64,000 bases of DNA from an uncultured Myxococcales bacterium (GTDB lineage Bacteria > Myxococcota_A > Polyangia > GCA-2747355 > CAZCFB01): positions 818-64,817 of the forward strand of contig CAZEFW010000002.1 in assembly GCA_964511535.1 (NCBI GenBank). The letters run 5' to 3'. Shown piece by piece: positions 12,071 through 21,503 of the stretch (its first letter is position 1; every line of letters starts with the position of its first letter). Both the position numbers and the translations under genes were made by a program. The notes beneath the pieces are model-generated. The model saw only the letters and a list, made by a program, of their open reading frames with translations. It was not told the origin of the DNA and searched no databases.

Positions 12071-13726
12071 ATGTTCCAGGTCCGTTTCACGCTGTTATCG
12101 CTCGCCCTGGGGATGGCCGCCTGCGCGCCCAGGCCTTGCCCCGCTCCCGCTATGGACCCCGCGCCCGCCGCCGCGGCGCCTGCGCCCGACACCAGGCCAG
12201 CAGCGGCGAAAGCGGCGGCGCCGGATCCCGTCGGCGTGTGGAAGATCCGCTGGGACCGCGGTCCGGTGGGGTGGTGGCCCGCGCTGTTCACCGGCACCCT
12301 GCGCATCACCCGCGCCGCGGCAGGCCTCACGGCCTGGTGGAAGTTCCACCAGGGGACCGCGAAGTGGCGCTTCGAATCCATCGAGCTGCGCGGCGCCCGC
12401 CTCCGGATCCAGTTCACGTGCACCAACCAGAAGGAGGAGCCGAGGGTGGAGCTGTGGGGCTGGCTGCGCGACGGCCGCCTGGTGGGTGAGATCCGCTGGG
12501 GCGACCAGATCCCGTGGACGCCGGTGTGGGGCGAGCGCAAGGAGGTCACCCCGCTGAAGGCCCACAGCGCGCCCGGGGGACCGCCGCGTGCAGACCTGGC
12601 CGCGGCGGGGCTGGATCCGGCCCGGGTCGCGGCCATGCTGCAGCGGGCCGCCGAGGAGCAGAGCTCCGCGGTGGTGATCCTGAAGCAGGGCAAGGTGGCG
12701 GTGGAGAGATACGCCGATGACGACACCGGCCCGGTCAACGCCATGTCCGTCTCCAAGTCGGTTGTGTCCCTGGCCGTGGGCCGGCTGATCCTCGACGGCA
12801 AGTTCAACCTGAACTCCCGGCTGGCGACCCTGGTCAAGGGGTGGCCGCGCAAGGGGCTCAGGTCGCGAATCACCATCCGCCACCTGCTCAACCACACCAG
12901 CGGCCTGGCCACCCGCCGCTTCGGCAAGGAGGAGGACATCCTGGCCCGGGCCATGACCGCGCCCATGCACTTCGAGCCTGGCAGCCGGTTTCAGTACAAC
13001 AACAACGCGGTGGATCTGCTGGCCGCCGTGGTCAAGCGGGTCACCGGCGAGCACCTGGACGCGCACCTGCAGCGCATGATCTTCGAGCCCATGGGGATCC
13101 GCGACACCCGCTGGCTACGAGATCCGAGAGGCGTGCCGCTGGCGGCGGGCGCGCTGTCGCTGCGGCCCGTGGACCTGGCCAAGCTCGGCCAGCTCGTGCT
13201 GCAGAAGGGCATGTGGAACGGCAAGCAGCTGGTGCCGCGCAAGTGGGTCTCGCTGCTGCTCAAGCCTGGCTCCGAGGTGGCGGCAAACGCAGGCCTGCTC
13301 TGGTGGCGCAAGGGGCCGCTGGCCTACAAGCTCGCGCCGGGCGTGCTGGCCGTCTGGGCCGCGGAGGGGGTCCCCGCGGCGACCATCAAGAAGGCGCGCC
13401 CGCTGCTGGGCGTGACCCACCAGAGCCGGGACGCCTACTTCGCGGCGCTGGAAAAGGCCCTCGGGCCGAAGGACCTGCGCAAGGTGCGCGCCCTGGGCGA
13501 TGGCGGCAGCGCGATCCCGATGTACTTCACCGCAGATCGCGGACCTGTGATCAGCTACTCCGCCGCGGGCTGGCTGGGTCAGTTCCTGATCATCGTGCCG
13601 TCCAGGGAGCTGGTGGCGGTGCGCATGCGGCGCGCCGGGCCCATGGACTACAAGCGCAAGGGGCCGCAGGACAGCTACGGCGAGTTCGAGGCGGACATGC
13701 TGCGCCTGGCGGGCGTCCAGCCGTGA
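12071..13726 (+). CDS. serine hydrolase / beta-lactamase-family lipoprotein with N-terminal extra domain
   Basis: Signal MFQVRFTLLSLALGMAACAP. The SxxK active-site motif appears as MSVSKSVVSLAVG, with downstream class-C/esterase-like blocks. Confidence 0.65.
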   Translation: MFQVRFTLLSLALGMAACAPRPCPAPAMDPAPAAAAPAPDTRPAAAKAAAPDPVGVWKIRWDRGPVGWWPALFTGTLRITRAAAGLTAWWKFHQGTAKWRFESIELRGARLRIQFTCTNQKEEPRVELWGWLRDGRLVGEIRWGDQIPWTPVWGERKEVTPLKAHSAPGGPPRADLAAAGLDPARVAAMLQRAAEEQSSAVVILKQGKVAVERYADDDTGPVNAMSVSKSVVSLAVGRLILDGKFNLNSRLATLVKGWPRKGLRSRITIRHLLNHTSGLATRRFGKEEDILARAMTAPMHFEPGSRFQYNNNAVDLLAAVVKRVTGEHLDAHLQRMIFEPMGIRDTRWLRDPRGVPLAAGALSLRPVDLAKLGQLVLQKGMWNGKQLVPRKWVSLLLKPGSEVAANAGLLWWRKGPLAYKLAPGVLAVWAAEGVPAATIKKARPLLGVTHQSRDAYFAALEKALGPKDLRKVRALGDGGSAIPMYFTADRGPVISYSAAGWLGQFLIIVPSRELVAVRMRRAGPMDYKRKGPQDSYGEFEADMLRLAGVQP

Positions 13727-13745
13727 CCCGCCCCGCCCCCGCGCG

Positions 13746-14972
13746 TCACCTGCCGCTGGGGCAGCCTGCGGGCCAGCTCGCCGGCTGGTAGAAGGCGTTC
13801 TTCGCGCTCCACTTGCTCGCCTTCAGCTTCGCGTTGGCGATGTAGTCCTTCTTCTTCTCCTCGGCCCTGACGAACGTCACGTGGGGCAGCCGGGCCAGGT
13901 CCTCGCCGCAGCCGTTGCCGATGATCTTGCCCCCGGCCCCCACCTTGAAGTGGACCTTCCGCAGAAGCTCGCCCTCGCCGAGGATCATGCACTTGTAGGC
14001 GCCCGGGTTCTTGCTCAGGTAGTGCTTGGGCATCTTGTAGTGCTTCTTGACCCGGCGGTTCTTCTTCGGCGCCTCGCGCGGGGGCCTGACGAAGACGTTG
14101 TGCAGCTTGAAGTCGAAGCGCTTGGTGTGGACCTTCACCAGATCCTCGGCCTTCTTGTCCCGGTTGCGCGCCATGAAGCTGAACTTGTCGCCGTGGAAGG
14201 CGCCGGTCTGGGCGATGCGCTTGCCCTTGTACTTGCAGATGATCTTGCTCACCTTGGGGCTCGCGTCGAACCTGAACCAGCTGCGGATCATCACCATCGG
14301 CTCCGCGTGGCGGTGCCCCACCACCGCGATCTGGGCGTTGCGCAGGTCCGCCGGCTTCTTGGCCATCTGGAAGACGTACTCCTCGACGGTGGTCATGCCG
14401 TGCAGCCACTCCTGGTCCACCGCGTAGTTCTTCTCCGGGTGCTTGTTCCAGCCGTGGAACGCGCGCCGCACATTGAAGGCGAGCCGGGCGAAGTCCTTCA
14501 TCTCCTCCCCCTCGGTTGGCTTCTTGTAGGTCAGCGAGAGGAAGAACTCGCCGGTCTTGGCCTGCGCATCCTTCTTGCACTGATCCCTGGGCGGGCTGCA
14601 TTCGTACTGAGCCATGGGAAGCGGCTTCGCCCCCCGGTCGGCCTTCTTGTTGCCATACTTCAGCTTCAGGTCCGCGAACAGGTAGCGCGGCTTGCAGATG
14701 AACGGCTTGCCCAGCTTCTTCTTTCGCTTGTTGAGCAGCTGCACCGAGACCACGTCCTCCGGCTCGATGTTGTCGTACTTCACCAGGAAGTAGGCCGTCG
14801 GGCACCACATGAACGTGGTCTTCTTTTTTCGGTTCACCTTGCGGAAGCCCTTGAGGCCCACGTGGGTTTGTTTGCCGCCCACGGTGTGGACCAGGGTGGG
14901 CTTCTCCTGCGCGACGCAGAGGTTGGACAACAGGAAACAACACACACTCGCAGCCAGGCACGCTGTTCTCAT
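13746..14972 (-). CDS. secreted lysine-rich basic protein, unknown function
   Basis: MRTACLAASVCCFLLSNLCVAQE signal, with a GGAGACGGAG RBS 5' of the ATG. About 15% Lys in an otherwise A/R/G-rich proteome, with all-G/C third positions. Longer overlapping ORFs in other frames are compositionally implausible. Confidence 0.5.
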   Translation of the reverse strand: MRTACLAASVCCFLLSNLCVAQEKPTLVHTVGGKQTHVGLKGFRKVNRKKKTTFMWCPTAYFLVKYDNIEPEDVVSVQLLNKRKKKLGKPFICKPRYLFADLKLKYGNKKADRGAKPLPMAQYECSPPRDQCKKDAQAKTGEFFLSLTYKKPTEGEEMKDFARLAFNVRRAFHGWNKHPEKNYAVDQEWLHGMTTVEEYVFQMAKKPADLRNAQIAVVGHRHAEPMVMIRSWFRFDASPKVSKIICKYKGKRIAQTGAFHGDKFSFMARNRDKKAEDLVKVHTKRFDFKLHNVFVRPPREAPKKNRRVKKHYKMPKHYLSKNPGAYKCMILGEGELLRKVHFKVGAGGKIIGNGCGEDLARLPHVTFVRAEEKKKDYIANAKLKASKWSAKNAFYQPASWPAGCPSGR

Positions 14973-15088
14973 CTCCGTCTCCAGTTGTGGTGTTTGGCCG
15001 CAGGATAGGACAGCCCCCTGCAGATTCCCAGGCCATTCGGCCTCCACGACGGCGCGGCTTTACAGCGGCGGGCCACCTCCCGCAGGAT

Positions 15089-16396
15089 ATGGGGATGGCC
15101 CGCTGGACATCAGGAACCGCGCTGCTGTTGCCCTGCCTGTGGCTCGCCTGCGCGGGCGAGCTCTCGGGCTCCCGCCCTGACGGGGCCACGCCCACCGACG
15201 CCTCCGCCGACGGGGCAGGGGACCTGTCCGCGACGGTGGACAGCGGCCCGGGCGCCGCCGACGGGCCGCTGCCCGATGCGCCCGCGACTCCGGATCACGC
15301 CGCGCCAGACCTCGCGCCCGCGGTGACCCAGTACAAGCTCGGCGTCCCGGGCAAGGCATACGATCTTGCCACCGACGGCAAGGGGGCCGTGCACCTGCTC
15401 TGGTACGACGGCGCGCTGAACCACGGGCTGGTGGCGGCGGGCAAGGTGTCGGGCAAGGTCACGCTGCCGGGCTCCACCAAGATCAACATCCGCTTCGCCC
15501 GCCCGCGGCTGTCGGTGAAGGCGGGCGGCGGGTCGCTGCACACCTGCTGGACCAACGCCGGCGCGGGAACGACCCTGTACCACGGCTGGCGCACCGCGGG
15601 CGGCAAGTGGGCCCGGGAGACCGTGTGGACCTCTCCGACCGGGACGCACTTCGTGGCGGCGCCGGTGGTGGCGGTGGACGGCGGCGACAACCTGCACCTC
15701 ATCGCGCAGCTGTGGCAGAAGACCGTGCACCAGAGCCCCATCGTCTACTGGCGTAAGCCGAGCGGCGGCGCCTGGCCCAAGGAGGTGACGGTCCAGCAGC
15801 CCGGGGGCAAGCAGTGGCGCGACACCTCCATGTTCACCGACGGCGCCGGCGCGGTGCACGCCGCCTGGAAGACGGCGGGCAAGCCGGGGCGGTACCACCG
15901 TTGCGCCAGCGGCGGCAGCCTGGCCAAGGGCGCGCCGCTGCAGATCCAGGCGCCCGCCGGAGAGAAGACCGTCTCCTTCGGCGACCTGTTCGTGGACGCG
16001 GCAGGCACGGTGCACCATGTGTTCATCGGCTACCCCAAGCTCGGCATGTGGTACGCCACCCTGGCCAAGGGAGGCGCCGCCTTCTCCAAGGCGTCCCGGG
16101 CCGGGACCTGCAACAACGCGGAGAAGATGGGCTATGAAAACCCGTGGCCCGCGGTGGTGGGCGCGCCCGGCGGCCGCGCGGTGGTGGCCTGGGCGGAGAA
16201 TCGCGGGGGCGGCAAGGTGCCCTACGTGATGGTCTCGACGCTGAGCAAGGGGAAGTGGACCGCCCAAACGTTCCAGAGCGCGGCGGGCATCCACGTCGAC
16301 TCCAAGCCGGCCCTGGCGCTGACCGCCGCCGGCGTGCACCTGGTGTGGCGCGCGGCCGGCGGTGACCTGCGGCTGGCGGTGTTCAAGCTGCCCTGA
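15089..16396 (+). CDS. hypothetical lipoprotein with repeated HxxW...(A/T)G blades (possible beta-propeller)
   Basis: Signal MGMARWTSGTALLLPCLWLACAG. Repeated motifs HLLWYDGA, LHTCWTNAG, VHAAWKTAG and HLVWRAAGG. Confidence 0.45.
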   Translation: MGMARWTSGTALLLPCLWLACAGELSGSRPDGATPTDASADGAGDLSATVDSGPGAADGPLPDAPATPDHAAPDLAPAVTQYKLGVPGKAYDLATDGKGAVHLLWYDGALNHGLVAAGKVSGKVTLPGSTKINIRFARPRLSVKAGGGSLHTCWTNAGAGTTLYHGWRTAGGKWARETVWTSPTGTHFVAAPVVAVDGGDNLHLIAQLWQKTVHQSPIVYWRKPSGGAWPKEVTVQQPGGKQWRDTSMFTDGAGAVHAAWKTAGKPGRYHRCASGGSLAKGAPLQIQAPAGEKTVSFGDLFVDAAGTVHHVFIGYPKLGMWYATLAKGGAAFSKASRAGTCNNAEKMGYENPWPAVVGAPGGRAVVAWAENRGGGKVPYVMVSTLSKGKWTAQTFQSAAGIHVDSKPALALTAAGVHLVWRAAGGDLRLAVFKLP

Positions 16397-16399
16397 AGG

Positions 16400-17260
16400 T
16401 CAGTCCGGCAGGAGCAGGCCGAGCAGCAGCGGCTCGCCTCTCGACGACAGGGGCGTGAACATGGCGCGCATGTCGAAGTGGAGCCCGTCCTTGCGGGCGC
16501 CCTTTCCCGTCAGCACAAACGGGACCTCGCCCTGCTCGATGCTCTTGCTCACCACTGTGGAGAAGTCGTTGTCCGAGTCCGGCGATACCAGCTGATCGGC
16601 GCGCAGCCCGAGCAGCTCGCCGGGGCCGTACCCGTGCAGCTTGTGGCACGCCTCGTTGGCCCAGGCGACCTCGCCGTCCATGCTGCCGACGATCATGGCC
16701 TGGTCAGCCTCCTCGAACACGGCGCCGTGGCGGCGGATGCTCTCGCGCAGCTCGGCCTCGGTCCGCCTCAGCTCCATGACGTCCAGCACGCACCCCTCCA
16801 GCAGCCCCATCTCGCCCTGCAGCTTGCACCACATCAGGTAGCTCCGGCTGGCGCCCTCGTCGCCACCCGCCCGCATCTGGATCTCGTGGCCCTGGACGGC
16901 CCCGTCGCGCATCAGCATCTGCACCATCACCCCCCGATCCGCCGGGTCTTCCCAGTGCACGAACGAGCCCCCGGCGAGCAGCTCCTCTTCGCTCATGCCG
17001 GCCATCTCGCACAGGCGCTGGTTGACCGCCAGCACCTCCGAGCCGTCGACTCTGGACTGGAATATGCCCACCGGGGCCCGACGGAAGATCTCCTCGAAGC
17101 GGTGGTCGCCGCCGTGGCGCGCAGCCTGCCTGAGCTCATCGTTTTCGCGCCTCAGCGCCTCGAGCTCCCGGATGAGCTGCTCTCGGGTCTTGCCGTGGTC
17201 GTCCATTGTCATCGCCCTGTGTTGCCCGTCTCCCGCCGCCATTTTGCCAAAGGGAGTCAA
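16400..17260 (-). CDS. tandem PAS-domain sensor protein
   Basis: Two PAS-like blocks (FRRAPVGIFQSRVDGSEVLAVNQRLCEMAG and FEEADQAMIVGSMDGEVAWANEACHKLHG). Co-directional and 40 nt downstream of the aminotransferase gene. Confidence 0.6.
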   Translation of the reverse strand: MTPFGKMAAGDGQHRAMTMDDHGKTREQLIRELEALRRENDELRQAARHGGDHRFEEIFRRAPVGIFQSRVDGSEVLAVNQRLCEMAGMSEEELLAGGSFVHWEDPADRGVMVQMLMRDGAVQGHEIQMRAGGDEGASRSYLMWCKLQGEMGLLEGCVLDVMELRRTEAELRESIRRHGAVFEEADQAMIVGSMDGEVAWANEACHKLHGYGPGELLGLRADQLVSPDSDNDFSTVVSKSIEQGEVPFVLTGKGARKDGLHFDMRAMFTPLSSRGEPLLLGLLLPD

Positions 17261-17300
17261 ATATCCTGGGCCGCCGATGAGCCCCGGTCAAGGCCAGAGG

Positions 17301-18956
17301 TCAGCGTGGATATGCAGCCCTGTAGGCCTCCTTGGGCACGCCCACGCTGCTGATGTTGCGCCTGGCGAAGATCCGGTCCACGTCCCGCTCGGTGAGGGTC
17401 AGCGGCGGCATCAGCCGCGAGGTGGCGGTCTTGACCCCCTTGAAGTAGACGTTTGAGTACACCAGCATGCCGAGGCCTCGGGTGGGCCCCTTGGCGTGGT
17501 CGCCGTCTCTGTCCGGGGTGTGCATCGGGTCGAGCTTCGGGTCGTGCTGCCGGATCTTGCGCACCATGTAACGGCCCACCCGCGCGGCGTTCTCCATCAG
17601 CCCGTCGCGCTTGATCCGGTTCATCACCTGCGCCCCCTTGAGCAGGGACTCGGAGTAGGCCCGCAGGGTGGTCTGGCCATGCTCGAAGTCGAGGAACAGC
17701 CCCTTGTCGCGGTACACCGTGGCGATGCCCGAGACCTGCAGCCCCTTGCCGAAGGTGACGAAGTCGGGCTCGAACCCCTTGTAGTGCTGGTAAGCGAAGA
17801 ACTTGCCGGTGCGCCCGCCGCCGGTGAGGATCTCGTCGGCGAAGATCGGCACGCCGAGCTTGTCGCAGGTGGCGCGCAGCTTGGTCAGGAACTCGGGCCG
17901 GTAGAACAACACACCCTTGGCGCCGATGACCGGCTCCAGCAGCAGCCCCCCCACGGGCGTCTTGCTGTGCTTCACTTTGTGCTCGATCTGCTTGAGCGCC
18001 TTGGCCTCGGCGCGCTGCAGGCGCCGCACCTCCCGCGGGTCGGTGGGCCTGCGGTGGTACGAGTGGGGGCTGGTGATCTTCACGTGCGCCTGGTCGGGCT
18101 GGTTGTGCTTGTCCATGCCGAGGAAGCCGGCCGCCCCCATCTTGCCGCGCGCGCCGCCGAAGCAGCTGTCGAACACCAGGATCTCGGCACGCTTGACCTT
18201 CTTGCCCAGCCGCTTGATCGCCGCCTTGCGCGCGATGGTGTAGAGCATGTTGTTGGCGTCGGTGCCGGTGAGCGTGTAGGCCACGGGCCTGGTGTTGCGC
18301 GGCGCGATGCTGCGCCACGCGCTCTCGAACAGCGCCGCCGCGCCGGAGGGCGAGCTGTCCACCATGCCGGTGCCGGTGGAGCCGCTCTCGCGCAGCATGT
18401 TCGCCAGGTAGGTCGGGTCCGAAAAGGCCCTGTCCTTCTCCGGCAGCAGCTTCCAGCCCCAGCCGCGGTTCATGTCCTTACCGGGGCCTCGCCCGGCGCG
18501 GCCAGCGTCACCGTCCAGCGCGCCGAGGGCCGACTTGATGGCGGCCGCGCGGCTGCCCAGCGCCTCGGAGAAGGCGGAGTCGCCCAGGCGCGCGCGCAGT
18601 TTCTGTAGCAGCGCGCGCTGAACTCGCGGCTTGCGCAGGGCGCGCTGGGGTTTGCCCGCGGTCTTGGACAGGGCTCGCCGCACCAGGCGCGGCACCTGGC
18701 CCAGCTCGCCACCGTTCATCAGCGTGACGGTGGCCTTGACCAGCGCCCGGGGCTTGACCAGCCGGCGCGCGGGGTGGTTCGGGTCGATCCTGCGCCCCCA
18801 GGGCATGCGCCCCTTGACCTGCCCCTTGATCGGTCCGGCCATCGGCTTGCGCGACGGACGGCGACGCGCTTCACAGGGTGGAGCGAAGAGGATCAACAGC
18901 CACGCGGCGAGCATGGAAGCGAGGAGCAGCCGGTTGGGTGGGCGCATGTTGATCAT
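17301..18956 (-). CDS. class-III (PLP) aminotransferase with ~150-aa basic N-terminal extension
   Basis: ADEILTGGGRTGK and PDFVTFGKGL (PLP lysine) are class-III aminotransferase hallmarks. The N-terminus has a hydrophobic segment plus an Arg/Lys-rich 150-aa extension. Confidence 0.65.
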   Translation of the reverse strand: MINMRPPNRLLLASMLAAWLLILFAPPCEARRRPSRKPMAGPIKGQVKGRMPWGRRIDPNHPARRLVKPRALVKATVTLMNGGELGQVPRLVRRALSKTAGKPQRALRKPRVQRALLQKLRARLGDSAFSEALGSRAAAIKSALGALDGDAGRAGRGPGKDMNRGWGWKLLPEKDRAFSDPTYLANMLRESGSTGTGMVDSSPSGAAALFESAWRSIAPRNTRPVAYTLTGTDANNMLYTIARKAAIKRLGKKVKRAEILVFDSCFGGARGKMGAAGFLGMDKHNQPDQAHVKITSPHSYHRRPTDPREVRRLQRAEAKALKQIEHKVKHSKTPVGGLLLEPVIGAKGVLFYRPEFLTKLRATCDKLGVPIFADEILTGGGRTGKFFAYQHYKGFEPDFVTFGKGLQVSGIATVYRDKGLFLDFEHGQTTLRAYSESLLKGAQVMNRIKRDGLMENAARVGRYMVRKIRQHDPKLDPMHTPDRDGDHAKGPTRGLGMLVYSNVYFKGVKTATSRLMPPLTLTERDVDRIFARRNISSVGVPKEAYRAAYPR

Positions 18957-19243
18957 TGAATTGCAAGGACCGGACCGGTCTCGTGAACGGAAAAAACGTT
19001 TTGATTACCTGCCGGGCGCCTGCTCACTGGCAAGCCTGCGAGCCACAAGTGGATCTTCCATGGCCGCTGCACCTTTCATGGCTGCTCGACCGGTCGATTT
19101 CTGCAAAACCGGCGAATGGATCAGCCGCCCGGTGGCTCGACGTCCCTCGCGTGCATCCTGTGAAAACCGGACGTTAGCAAAATGCCGCGTCGCGGTATGG
19201 AGTTTGCAGATTGGCCAGGCCGACCAAAAAGGGAGGTCTGACC

Positions 19244-19645
19244 ATGAAGAGTTCAGGGTGGATCCTGTCTGTGGCGGTGGCGGCGTTTCTGTTCGCCCCT
19301 GGCTTCGCCGAAGCGAGGGATGGCTACCGCACGAGGACCAAGGCGGCGTACACGGCCAAAAACAAGGGCGCGCAGCTGCGCATCAAGCGCAAGGGCGTCT
19401 CCTCGTACGGCGGCAAGCGCTACATCAAGCGGCTGGTCAAGCGGGGCAACATCAAGCACGCCAAGCGGGTGCTCAGGTCAATGAAGAAGCGGCCCAACCG
19501 CAAGGGGATCAAGGGGCAGGTCGATCGGTACCGCAAGTGGAGCGCCAAGCGCATCATCCAGAAGAAAGAGCGGCAGATCAAAATAGACAAGTTCCTCTCC
19601 AAGAAGCACGAGCCGATCCCGCTTTACCTCTACCCCATGCCTTGA
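19244..19645 (+). CDS. small secreted Lys/Arg-rich protein (133 aa)
   Basis: AAAGGGAGG RBS, signal MKSSGWILSVAVAAFLFAPGFAEA, then a highly basic mature part. Confidence 0.5.
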   Translation: MKSSGWILSVAVAAFLFAPGFAEARDGYRTRTKAAYTAKNKGAQLRIKRKGVSSYGGKRYIKRLVKRGNIKHAKRVLRSMKKRPNRKGIKGQVDRYRKWSAKRIIQKKERQIKIDKFLSKKHEPIPLYLYPMP

Positions 19646-19673
19646 CGGCGCACTTGGGATAGACTGAGCCCGC

Positions 19674-20792
19674 ATGACAGACGCGGGCGACATCTCCGAG
19701 CAGAACGAAGCTGATCTGAACACCCTCGGCTGGGACGACGGCTGGGCCGCGTCCTCCAGCGATGGCGGCGACGACCTGGTGCCGCTGCGGGTGGGGGCCG
19801 CGGTGCGCGGCAAGGTCCTGCTCATGGGCCCCGCGCCCATGGGCGGTCGGTGGGTCACATGTCGCGGCGCGCTGCTCGGTCGCGGCGACCCCACCGCAGC
19901 CCCCGCAGTGGGGGACTGGGTCATGGTTCGGACGGACGGGGAGGAGGGCGTCATCGAGGCGCTGCTGCCGCGCCGCACCTGCTTCACCCGCCGCGCCGCG
20001 GGCCGTCGCGCCCGCCCCCAGGTGGTGGCCGCCAACATCGATCGCGTCTTCATCGTCACCGACGTGGCGGGGGACTTCAACGTCCGGCGGCTGGAGCGCT
20101 ACCTGGCGACGGTGTGGGACAGCGGCGCCGAGCCGATCATCGTGATCAACAAGACCGACCTGGAGCATGATCCGGCCGCCCTGTGGCAGGAGCTGGAGGT
20201 GGTGGCGGCCGGGGTCACCGTGTTGATGGTGAGCGCGCTGCAGGAGCAGGGCCTGCAAGAGCTGCAGGAGCAGTGCCCGGCCGGCCTCACCGTGGCGCTG
20301 GTGGGTTCGTCAGGGGTGGGCAAGTCCACCATGGTCAACGCGCTGGTGGGCGGGGAGCGCCAGGCGGTGGGCGAGGTCCGCGAGGCGGACGGCAGGGGGC
20401 GGCACACCACCACCCGGCAGGAGCTGGTGATCACGCCCGGCGGCGCGCTGCTGGTGGACACGCCCGGCATGCGCGAGCTCGGCCTGTGGGAGGCGGAGGA
20501 GGGGGTCGACCGGGCCTTCGGCGACCTGGTGGAGCTGGCCGAGGGATGCAAGTTCAGGGACTGCACCCACCAGCAGGAGCCCGGCTGCGCCGTGACCGCG
20601 GCGGTGCTGTCCGGTGAGCTGGCGCCCGACCGGCTGGAGAGCTACCGTCGCCTTCAGCGAGAGCTGGCCCACACCGCGCGGCTGGCTGATCCGCGCGAGC
20701 GGGCCAACAGCAAAAAGAGGTGGAAGGAGATCCAGCAGGAGGCCCGGCGAATGTACCAGCTCAATGACGAGCTGGGGCTCAAGGGGAAATGA
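19674..20792 (+). CDS. rsgA: ribosome small-subunit biogenesis GTPase RsgA
   Basis: Circularly permuted GTPase with G4 NKTD before G1 GSSGVGKST. C-terminal zinc finger CKFRDCTHQQEPGCAV. Confidence 0.85.
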   Translation: MTDAGDISEQNEADLNTLGWDDGWAASSSDGGDDLVPLRVGAAVRGKVLLMGPAPMGGRWVTCRGALLGRGDPTAAPAVGDWVMVRTDGEEGVIEALLPRRTCFTRRAAGRRARPQVVAANIDRVFIVTDVAGDFNVRRLERYLATVWDSGAEPIIVINKTDLEHDPAALWQELEVVAAGVTVLMVSALQEQGLQELQEQCPAGLTVALVGSSGVGKSTMVNALVGGERQAVGEVREADGRGRHTTTRQELVITPGGALLVDTPGMRELGLWEAEEGVDRAFGDLVELAEGCKFRDCTHQQEPGCAVTAAVLSGELAPDRLESYRRLQRELAHTARLADPRERANSKKRWKEIQQEARRMYQLNDELGLKGK

Positions 20793-20799
20793 CCACGAC

Positions 20800-21420
20800 A
20801 TGGGAGCGAAGATGATCAGAGCGATGAGATGGTTCGGTGTTGGCGCCCTGGCCCTGTGCGCCACCGCCTGCTGCGGCGCCTCGGCCGCCAACCGGCCCAC
20901 GAACACCGCGGCCAGCGCGAGCAAGGCGCCGGAGGGCACCTGCCTCAAGGAGAAGGGCTGCCCCAAGCAAGAGGCGCTGCCGGTGTGCGGCGCCGACCTG
21001 CAGGGCAAGCCGATCAAGGAGGTCCTCGCCGGCGCGGCCGAGCTGGTGGGCAAGGAGGCGGCGGTGACCGGTCCCCTGCGCCGGGCGGGCACCGTCTGCA
21101 CCCTGGCCCTCTGCGCCGAGGGGCAGTGCTGTAACTCCTGCGGCGCCAGCCTGGTGCTGTCCGACGACGACAAGATCCAGCACATGGATCCGTCGGGGCT
21201 GTTCCTGTACTACGACAAGTCGGCGCCGGGCGGGAAGCAGTACTCCTGCGGCGGCGACGACTCCCTGGTCTGCTGCTCTGTCCGCGCTGACGGCCAGGCC
21301 GTCATCGCCGTGGGTCAGATCAAGGTCCTGGGCGAGGGCGCGCAGGGCAAGACCCACGGACTGGTCAACGCCCGGCTGTGCGTGCCCCCGCTGGCGGTGG
21401 AGACCAAAAAGCAGCTGTAG
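20800..21420 (+). CDS. Cys-rich lipoprotein
   Basis: MGAKMIRAMRWFGVGALALCATAC signal with lipobox, and multiple Cys pairs. Confidence 0.45.
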   Translation: MGAKMIRAMRWFGVGALALCATACCGASAANRPTNTAASASKAPEGTCLKEKGCPKQEALPVCGADLQGKPIKEVLAGAAELVGKEAAVTGPLRRAGTVCTLALCAEGQCCNSCGASLVLSDDDKIQHMDPSGLFLYYDKSAPGGKQYSCGGDDSLVCCSVRADGQAVIAVGQIKVLGEGAQGKTHGLVNARLCVPPLAVETKKQL

Positions 21421-21503
21421 CCCGGTCGCGCTGGTCACACCCCGCCAGGCGGATCCGGGCCTGTCCTGTCCTCGAGCGCGCGCGGCGTGTGCGCTGAACC
21501 GGT

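Noticed and set aside
13675-15195. 506-aa minus-strand ORF and 375-aa plus-strand ORF (13881..15008) overlapping the Lys-rich secreted protein gene
   Set aside because: These alternative frames give Arg/Gly/Glu/Gln-rich or Leu/Val/Ala-rich junk, the latter being the antisense of AAG Lys codons. The 13746..14972 frame has a signal peptide, an RBS and uniform G/C third positions.
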